From Trichodesmium erythraeum IMS101 (GTDB taxonomy: Bacteria > Cyanobacteriota > Cyanobacteriia > Cyanobacteriales > Microcoleaceae): a stretch of DNA of 32,000 nt. Positions 1 through 8,700 of the stretch are shown one piece after another. Under the pieces are notes generated by a model. That model saw nothing but the letters and a program-made list of their open reading frames with translations, was not told where the DNA came from and searched no databases. Made by a program: the position numbers and the translations under genes. The stretch's first letter is position 1; every line of letters begins with the position of its first letter. The stretch is taken from the NCBI RefSeq assembly GCF_000014265.1, contig NC_008312.1, positions 900,001 through 932,000 of the forward strand, in the 5' to 3' direction.

Positions 1-360
1 GCAGGGAATATCGAACAAAATGCTGGTAATAATACTAACCTAAATCAAACTGCAGGAGAGAATATAAATGTAGGGAATATCGAACAAAATGCGGGTAATA
101 ATACTAACCTAAATCAAACTGCAGGAGAGAATATAAATACAGGGGATATCGAACAAAATGCGGGTAATAATACTAACCTAAATCAAACTGCAGGAGAGAA
201 TATAAATACAGGGGATATCGAACAAAATGCGGGTAATAATACTAACCTAAATCAAACTGCAGGAGAGAATATAAATACAGGGGATATCGAACAAAATGCT
301 AGTAATAATACTAGTATTTATCAAATTGCAGAAGGAGAGATTAATACACCAGTCATTAAT
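1..360 (+). repeat. 69-nt (23-aa) tandem coding repeat, AGNNTNLNQTAGENINxGxIEQN type; array truncated by the window start
   Basis: Direct period check: gcagggaatatc at 1 and gtagggaatatc at 70. Unit starts at 22, 91, 160, 229, with a degenerate unit at 298. Confidence 0.9.
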
Positions 361-1950
361 CAAACTTTCGGTAATGAGACTACGCTCAATCAAATATCAG
401 TAAGAGATGTTAATACACCAGTAATTTCTAATAACAATATACCTAATAATCAAGGACTTAATCAAGAAAATTTCTCTAATAATAACAATAACAATATTGA
501 GAATAATTCCACTACAAATTCCTCAAACAATAAAAACATTTCATCAACCCTTACCCAGTCTCAAAGGTCTGAATTAATTTCAACTTCTACCCCCAGCAAC
601 AATAACCAAACAACTAATACAAATACAGCCCAAGAACAAACAGAATCATCTATTAATAGTACAACGGATACCCAAAAAATCTTAAACATAATTGATACCG
701 TCAATACCAATTCCTTGACAGTTGCGACTGGTTCAGACCAAGTAATAACAATGTTAGAACAAAACCTTACTAACGAATATTCTAATTACTTTGGAACAGA
801 TTTTAAGGAACAATTTATTAACCAAAAAACACCCCGAGAAATCTTAACCGATATGGCTGCTAAAACAGGAAAAGAATCTGCAGTTGTTTATATTAATGCT
901 TATCCAGAGGAATTACAAATAATTTTATATACCAAAGATGGTCAACCTATTCTTAAAACTATCCCGGAAGCTAACCGTAAAAAATTAGAGAAAGTAGTTA
1001 TAAATTTCCTCAAATTAACGACAAGTCCTGCCTATCGTGATTTTAATAGTTATCTATCACCAGCAAAACAATTATATGATTGGTTCATTGCACCTATATC
1101 AGCAGAATTAGAAGCAGCAAATATCGATACCTTATTGTTCAGTATGGGTGAAGGTTTACGTATTTTACCAGTGGCAGCATTACATGATGGAAAGCAATTT
1201 TTAATTGAGAAATATAGCCTAAGTTTAATTCCGAGTATCAGCTTAATGGATACAAATTATCGCCCACTTCAAGGTACTCAAGTATTAGCTATGGGAGCTA
1301 GTAAATTTATCAATGAAAAACCTTTACCAGCAGTACCTGTGGAGATAGAAACAATTTCTGAACAGTTATGGGAAGGTAGTAAATTTTTAAACGAAGAATT
1401 TACCAAGAATAATTTGTTAACTCAAAGAAAAAATTATCCCTATCCTATTATTCACTTAGCTACCCATGCAACATTTAATAGAGGAAAACCTAGTAATTCT
1501 TACATTCAGCTATGGGGTAATGAACAAATAAAGTTAGACCAAGTGCGGGAGTTGGGTTGGAGTACCCCATCGGTTGACTTGTTGGTATTGTCTGCTTGTC
1601 GCACTGCTGTAGGAAATAGAGAAGCGGAATTAGGGTTTGCAGGGTTAGCAGTAGCAGCGGGAGTGAAGTCAGCCTTAACGAGCCTTTGGACTGTAAGTGA
1701 TGAAGGGACATTGGCATTAATGACAGAGTTTTATACTCATTTGAATGATGCTAAGATCAAGTCAGAGGCATTAAGACAGGCGCAGTTAGCAATGCTGCAA
1801 GGGCAGGTGCTTATTACAGGTGGGGAGTTGAGGGGAAGCAGCACTCGTGGTGGGGTGGAGCTACCTTCGGCGTTCGCAAATGTAAACAATCAAAATTTAT
1901 CTCATCCTTATTACTGGGCAGGGTTTACTATAGTTGGTAGTCCTTGGTAA
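1..1950 (+). CDS. 3' part (649 codons plus stop) of giant TPS-CHAT exoprotein, array copy A; the 5' end lies outside the window
   Basis: Open in frame from nt 1. Position 1 corresponds to 10942 of copy B (offset 10941). The 411-aa tail in the ORF track is identical to the C-terminus of the 2629..12891 ORF. CHAT His at 1465-1467 and Cys at 1597-1599. Confidence 0.9.
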   Translation, partial: AGNIEQNAGNNTNLNQTAGENINVGNIEQNAGNNTNLNQTAGENINTGDIEQNAGNNTNLNQTAGENINTGDIEQNAGNNTNLNQTAGENINTGDIEQNASNNTSIYQIAEGEINTPVINQTFGNETTLNQISVRDVNTPVISNNNIPNNQGLNQENFSNNNNNNIENNSTTNSSNNKNISSTLTQSQRSELISTSTPSNNNQTTNTNTAQEQTESSINSTTDTQKILNIIDTVNTNSLTVATGSDQVITMLEQNLTNEYSNYFGTDFKEQFINQKTPREILTDMAAKTGKESAVVYINAYPEELQIILYTKDGQPILKTIPEANRKKLEKVVINFLKLTTSPAYRDFNSYLSPAKQLYDWFIAPISAELEAANIDTLLFSMGEGLRILPVAALHDGKQFLIEKYSLSLIPSISLMDTNYRPLQGTQVLAMGASKFINEKPLPAVPVEIETISEQLWEGSKFLNEEFTKNNLLTQRKNYPYPIIHLATHATFNRGKPSNSYIQLWGNEQIKLDQVRELGWSTPSVDLLVLSACRTAVGNREAELGFAGLAVAAGVKSALTSLWTVSDEGTLALMTEFYTHLNDAKIKSEALRQAQLAMLQGQVLITGGELRGSSTRGGVELPSAFANVNNQNLSHPYYWAGFTIVGSPW

Positions 1951-2205
1951 TAAAAATGACCAACTAACATTCAACATCTTCAAATGTAGTCAACTTATTC
2001 GTAATTTTTGGGTTCAGATCATGTGGATGTGTAATTAATTTTGTACGACGGCTTCTTTAGCAAACCCTAAATATTAATTGATAGAGGGAGGGATTTTTTG
2101 ATCACATTTGTTATGTGTTGTCAATTATCGACAAAATCTCAAAATATTTGTGTCAACGACAATATATCATTTAAACGTTGAAGCGTCAATAGTAGGAATA
2201 GCACT

Positions 2206-2460
2206 GATAATATTGACACTCTCAGTAGCGGTAGTAGTTTCACGGGTTTTGTTGAAATAACAGATACCAACAACTATTATCGCTTTTATCTAAGTGGGGA
2301 AAGGGAGTTTGAGCTTACTCTCAAGGACTTAAGCGGTTATGCATACGTATAATTACTCAGCAGCACTGGTGCTACTATCATTAGTTCTACCAAGACTGGT
2401 AGAAGTTCTGAGAGCATCAGTAAAACTTTTAATTCGGTTACATATCATAACCTTGGATGA
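2206..2460 (+). pseudogene. Relic of a pre-peptidase C-terminal (PPC)-like domain with an in-frame stop; part of the duplicated spacer
   Basis: Translation is DNIDTLSSGSSFTGFVEITDTNNYYRFYLSGEREFELTLKDLSGYAYV*LLSSTGATIISSTKTGRSSESISKTFNSVTYHNLG*. It has the PPC pattern (G-x-V..D..DYYRF.L......L.L..L..DADL.L......I..S...G..E.I...L..GTY) with TAA at 2350-2352. There is no start codon or upstream coding context. Confidence 0.55.
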
Positions 2461-2536
2461 AAAAGATACTAAATGGTTTCTATACAACAATTTCAAGACC
2501 CATAATTAAAATGACAAATAAATTTTAAATAATTTC

Positions 2537-2565
2537 TTGATTTTTGTATGGTAAGGATTTATAAT
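2537..2565 (+). promoter_or_regulatory. Candidate sigma70-type promoter for giant gene B
   Basis: TTGATT (2537-2542), 17-nt spacer, TATAAT (2560-2565), 67 nt upstream of ATG 2632. The region is AT-rich, so a chance match is plausible. Confidence 0.3.
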
Positions 2566-2631
2566 AATACCTATAAATTAAATAAAAGTCAATATAATTT
2601 TCAACAAATACCATAATAACAAAAACCTTTG

Positions 2632-2715
2632 ATGAAACCTAATAGCTCAAAACTCTGCACCATAACAGCTCTGAGTTTAATACTAGGCACATTAGCCACC
2701 ACTCCCGCTAACTCC
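2632..2715 (+). other. Sec-type signal peptide of copy B
   Basis: MKPNSSKLCTITALSLILGTLATTPANS|QP: basic N-region, hydrophobic core, small residues before the predicted cleavage site. Confidence 0.7.
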
Positions 2716-5700
2716 CAGCCCATAACCCCGGCTAAGGACGGTACCAATACTACTGTTACTCCACAGGGCCAACAATTTCATATTAAAGGTGGGACTCGCA
2801 GTGGTACTAATGTATTTCACAGCTTTGATAAGTTTAATGTGCACTCTGGTCAAACTGCCAACTTTGTCACGACCCCGGATACTCGCAACGTTCTCGGACG
2901 AGTTAAGGGAGGCGCTTCTTATATTAATGGTCTTATTCAGGTTCTAGGTAGCAGCTCTAACCTCTTCTTAATGAACCCCGCAGGCATAATGTTTGGCCCA
3001 AACGCCAGCCTCAATGTACCTGCGTCATTCAGTGTTACTACTGCTACTGGTATTGGTTTTGACCAGAATAATTTCTGGTTCAAGGCTATGGGCACTAATG
3101 ACTATTCAAATTTGCTCGGAAGCCCTAGTGGTTATAGGTTTGATGTTTCTAAACCTGGTTCTATTGTTAATGAAGGAAGTTTAACTTTAAATTCTGGAGA
3201 AAATTTAACTTTATTAGGGGGAACTGTTGTTAATACAGGGGAACTCTCTAGCCCTGGGGGTAATATTACTGTCACTGCTGTCGAAGGTGGTAGTACCCTG
3301 AAAATATCTCAACCAGGACATTTGTTAAGTTTAGAGGTACCCCTAGAGGATGGAGAAAATATTTCTAATATTGATCCTCTATCTTTACCAGAGTTATTAG
3401 CTGGTGGAGGAGATATCGTTGAGGCTACATCTGTTATTGTTAAAGAGAATGGTGATGTGGTTTTGACCGGTTCAAATACTATGGTGGCTGAGACTCCGGG
3501 AACGGCAACTATTTCGGGAAAGATAGATGTATCAACTACTGCTAGTTCTCTCCAAAATGAGGGGGGTGCTAGTTTTGGAGGCCAAGTTAATGTGTGGGGC
3601 GATCGCGTGGCTCTTATAGATACAAATATCAAGGCTGATGGCAAAAATGGGGGTGGAACTGTATTAATAGGAGGAGATTTTCAAGGGTTGGGTATAGTTC
3701 CTAATTCTCAGCATACTTTTGTTAATAATAATTCATTTATTTCTGCGGATGCTATCACAAATGGTGATGGAGGTCAAGTTAGAATTTGGTCGGATGGTAT
3801 TACTAATTTTGCGGGAAATATTAGTGCTAAAGGCGGCACATCTTCGGGAAATGGAGGGTTGGTTAAAATTGGGGGAAAAGAACAATTAATCTTTGATGGA
3901 AAGGTGGATGTTACTGCGGCTTTAGGGACTGAAGGTACGATTTTATTGGACCCAGAAAGTGTGACGGTGGGAGAGGATAATTCGGAAGGTGAAAAAGAAA
4001 TTGTAGATGATAATTCCGAGGTTTCTGAGACAGAAAATACTGATAATTATAATGGGGAAATTGTAGATGATAATTCGGAGGTTTCTGAGACAGAAAATAC
4101 TGATAATTTCAAAGACAAAAAACCAGACACTCCTAAAGACAAAAAACCAGACACTCCTCTTGATCCTTTTGCTGCTGATGAGAATTCTGATGTGACTATT
4201 TCGGCGGATAATTTAGGGGAATTATCGGGGAATGTGATTATTGATGCTGATAATGATATTACCATAAATGAAAGGATAGAAACTGATTCTTCTGTGGAGT
4301 TAAAGGCTGGTCGAAGTATTAATATAAATGCGGATATTGATACTAAGAGTGGAAATGGGAATATTGATTTATTGGGTAATAATGATGAGATGAATTTGGC
4401 GAACCGTTCTGATGGGAAAGGTTCAATAAATCAATTGGATGGAACAATTTTAAATGCTGGAAGTGGTGGAATTAATATTAAGTTGGGAAGTTTAGGGGAG
4501 GTAGGTGATATAAATCTGGGAAATTTAAGGACGACAGGGAAGGTTTTGGTTGATGCGAATGGGGGAAATATTGTTAGAGTTTCTGAGAATTCTTTGATAA
4601 ATGCGGGGAGTGTTTTGTTTAGAACTTCTGGGAATGGAGGTATAGGTTTTCTTGGTCAACCTTTGCGGTTAGATGTGCAGAATTTGGAGGCGGTTTCTGG
4701 TAGTGGTGGGGTGTTTTTTGATGTGGGAAATGTGAATATTGGTGGTGTGAGTGAGGATGTGGTTGGTATTGCTACTTTTGGAGGAGATGTTGATATTAAG
4801 AGTGCGGGAAATGTGACTTTAAATGAAACTATTTCTAGTAATGAGGTTGTGGAGAATAATTCTGAGGGGGGAACTACGGAAAATACGGAGGTTGTTGATG
4901 GAGGTGGTGGGATAAACATTGAAGCGGCGGGAGATATTGTGGCTACGGGTAGTGGTATTAAAGGTGGTGGGGAAGCTGTTTCTTTGTCTGGGACTAATAT
5001 TAGGATAAATGATGAATTTGATGAGACTTCTGGGGATGCGGATGTTAAGTTGTCGGCCACAAATGATATTGTTGTTGAGGATATAGAGGATGATGTGTTG
5101 GAGTTTATGCCTGGGAGTGGGGAGATAGAATTTCGTGCGGATAAAGATGGGGATGGGTTTGGTCTTGTGAAGATGTTGGATAATAAGCCGGATGTTGGGA
5201 GTAACCCTGATATTTTTGAGAATGGGGCGGATACTATTAAGACTAATGGGCGAGGTTTGACTATTGCTGGTGCTGGTCTGGTTTTGGGGAATGTTGATAC
5301 TTCTTGGTTGCCTATTTATTCTGGTGGTGGGGAGTTGTTGAAGGCGATCGATGTGGATAAGGGGGGGGCGATACCTCCGGAAGGTACAGAAGGTACTGCA
5401 ACATTTACTTTTACTGTAGATGGTGACTTGGGAACTGTAGAAAATATAGATGTTCGCTTTTCTGCGGCACATACTTGGGATGAGGACTTAGACGTTAGTC
5501 TGGAATCACCCCAAGGGAAGGTAGTACAATTGTTTTCACGCGTTGGTGGTAGTGGAGAGAACTTTCAGGATACTGTGTTGGATGATGATGCTTCTAGAAG
5601 AATTATCAGTGGCAATGCTCCGTTTGATGGTACATATCGTCCCCAAGGAAGTTTAGCAGATTTTAATGGAGAAAATCCTAATGGAGCTTGGACTTTGAAG

Positions 5701-8700
5701 GTGACTGATACCTATCCCTGGGCAGATGATGGCACTTTATACAGAGCTGGTGAGACTGCTCCCTGGGGAACTGCCATAGGTACACAACTGTTGCTACGTA
5801 ATCCTCTTGTTAAGAGTGGTGGAGGAATAGGAAGTGGAAATGGTGGAGCGATCAACCTAGAAGCAACTCATGGTGATATTAGTGTAGGAAATATTCGTAG
5901 TTTGAGCGAAACTGCTAATGGGGGAAGAATTGACCTGAATGCTAATAAGGATATTATTTCTGGTCTGATTAATTCTAGTTCTGTGCAAGGAAATGGAGGA
6001 GCCATTGATTTGGATGCTGGTGGCGATATCACTACACAATACCTCAATTCCTGGTCCTCTTCCTGGGAAAAAGGCAACTCAGGAAATGGAGGAGCCATTG
6101 ATTTGGATGCTGGTGGCGATATCACTACACCATACCTCAATTCCGGGTCCTCTTCCAGCTCAGGTAACTCAGGAAATGGAGGAGCCATTGATTTGGATGC
6201 TGGTGGCGATATCACTACACAATACCTCAATTCCTGGTCCTCTTCCAGCTCAGGCAACTCAGGAAATGGAGGAGCCATTGATTTGGATGCTGGTGGCGAT
6301 ATCACTACACAATACCTCAATTCCGGGTCCTATTCCGGCTCAGGCAACTCAGGAAATGGAGGAGCCATTGATTTGGATGCTGGTGGCGATATCACTACAC
6401 AAGACCTCGATTCCGGGTCCGATTCCTGGGAAGGCAAGTCAGGAAATGGAGGAGCCATTGATTTGGTAGCTGGTGGCGATATCACTACACAAAACCTCGA
6501 TTCCAGGTCCGATTCCAGCTCAGGCAACTCAGGAAATGGAGGAGCCATTGATTTGGATGCTGGTGGCGATATCACTACACAATACCTCTATTCCGGGTCC
6601 TCTTCCTGGGAAAAAGGCAACTCAGGAAATGGAGGAGCCATTGATTTGGATGCTGGTGGCGATATCACTACACAATACCTCTATTCCGGGTCCATTTCCT
6701 GGTCAGGCAACTCAGGAAATGGAGGAGCCATTGATTTGGTAGCTGGTGGCGATATCACTACACAATACCTCTATTCCGGGTCCTATTCCTGGTCAGGCAA
6801 CTCAGGAAATGGAGGAGACATAACACTGAATGCAAAGACAATAAAATTCAACTCTCCACAACACGCAAATGGAGAAAAAATAAAAATCCATACATTTTCA
6901 GTAGGAAAAAAAGAATCTGAGGAAGGAAAAGGTGGAGACGTTAACATTACCACCAACAACCTCAGCAACACAGATATATTAACACTATCCTCCCACTCTG
7001 AATCAGGAAAAGTAACAATAGAAAGTAAGACACAAGAACCACTTCAAATCAAAGACTCATCCATTATCACTAGTGAACAAGTAACAGTAGAAATCTTCGA
7101 GGAACAAATACAAATAGAAACAGGAAATACCCAATCAGGCGACGTCTTCATCAACAGTGACGGCGACCTCAACCTAAACAACGTCACCATAGAAAGCGAC
7201 ACCAAAAGTAACCAAGCCGCCGGAGACGTCAACATCTACAGCCGCGGCAACATCACACTCGAAAACACCGACATCATCAGCACCACCAACTCCCAAGGCA
7301 ACGCCGGCCAAATCACCTTAGAAACCAACGAAAACATAGAACTCACCAACAACAGCAAAATCCTAGCCAACACAGAAGGAACCGGAAACGCAGGTCAAAT
7401 AAACATAGAAGCCAACAACCTCATCCTAGACCAAAACACCAAACTCATCACAGAAACCGCAAGAGCTGGAAACCCCGGAAACATAAAAATCCAAGCCAAC
7501 ACCATAGACATAGGAGAAGGCGCTAAAGCCAGCACCACAGTCTTAACAGGTTCAACCAGCACCGGAGAAGGAGGCAACATCACCATCAACACAAACAAAC
7601 TCAACGTCACAGGAAAACTGGGAATATTTGCCGAAACCGAAGCCAGCAAAAACGCCGGTACCCTTCGCATCTCACCCTACAAAAACAACCCCAACCTAGA
7701 CATAACCTTCAAAAACGACGGCTTCATCTCCGCCTCCACCTCATCCACAGGCAACGGAGGCAACATATTCATCAAAGCCCCAGAAAACATCAACATAACA
7801 GGCCAAGGGTTCATTGCCACCAAAACATCAGGCACAGGTAACGCCGGAATTATCGACATCAAAACCAACAACCTGAGAATATCCAATGGAGTCAAAATCA
7901 ATGCTTCCACAGAAGACCAAGGCAACGCCGGCGAAATCAAAATCAACACCACAGACTTCACCCTAGAAAAAGGAACAAGTCTAACAACAGAAACCAGCAG
8001 CGCCGGACTAGCCGGAAACATAGAAATAAACACCAAAAACCTCACAATAGGACAAAACGCCCAAATAAGTGCCACAGCACTAGAAGGAGCCAGCAACAAA
8101 GAAGCAGGCGGCAACATCACCATCAACGCCAATAACCTAGACATATCAGGAAAACTAGGAATATTCGCGGAAACCGCAGGAGAAAGCCCCGCAGGCACCC
8201 TCACCCTGAACCCATATAAAAACAACCCCAACCTAAATATAGAATTCAAACAACAAGGCTTCATTTCTGCTCGCACCAGCTCCAGTGGCAACGGAGGCAA
8301 CATAAATATTCAAGCACCAGAAAAAATCAACATTACAGGAGACGGAAAAATATCAGCCGAAACCACAGGGAGTGGAAATGCAGGCACCATCAATATCCAA
8401 ACAGAAAACCTCAACCTATCAGAGCAAGTAGCCATAAGTGCCGAAACCAACAGTCAAGGTCAAGCCGGAAACATTGAAATTAACTCCCAAACAGTTACCA
8501 TAGGAAAAGGCACAGAAATAAGTGCAACAGCCGGAAAAAAAGCAACAAGCACCGGAGATGGAGGCAACATCACCATCAACACCAACGACCTAGAAATCTC
8601 AGGAAAACTAGGAATATTCGCCGAAACCAAAGGAGCATCAAACGCCGGAACCTTAACCATCACCCCTTACCAAACCAACCCAGACCTCAATAGCAAAACC

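Noticed and set aside
1490-1717. 75-aa antisense ORF inside the CHAT domain (also at 12431..12658 and 23216..23443)
   Set aside because: It is fully embedded antisense in a conserved protease domain and conserved only because the sense gene is duplicated. No motif is present.
2113-2181. 22-codon ATG ORF (MCCQLSTKSQNICVNDNISFKR) in the spacer as a possible immunity or leader peptide
   Set aside because: It is too short, has no ribosome-binding site and overlaps the palindromic sites. It cannot be supported from the sequence alone.
4656-5472. Minus-strand ORFs 4656..5060 and 4819..5472 (and 15738..16560 in copy C), plus small plus-strand ORFs 2993..3184, 13934..14125 and 15011..15217
   Set aside because: They are antisense or out of frame within the giant ORFs. 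The products are low-complexity and are explained by the G+T-rich composition and the acidic repeat.
5350-5830. Diversity-generating retroelement (DGR) as the cause of P-domain hypervariability
   Set aside because: No reverse transcriptase and no template/variable repeat pair occur in the window. The B-versus-C differences I read (for example cat act tgg gat gag gac versus tat act cac act ggg gac) are not adenine-specific.
5868-6742. Out-of-frame ORFs inside the 90-nt repeat array (5993..6469 +, 6473..6742 +, 5868..6320 -, 6330..6575 -), and equivalents at 17087..17563
   Set aside because: They are periodic translations of the same repeat in wrong frames (MEEPLIWMLVAISLH... repeated), which is an artefact of tandem repeats within the real gene.
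5989-6810. Regularly spaced ~90-nt repeats that superficially resemble a CRISPR array
   Set aside because: The whole period is in-frame coding sequence. The would-be spacers are themselves conserved variants of one another and not unique. There are no palindromic repeats and no cas genes.
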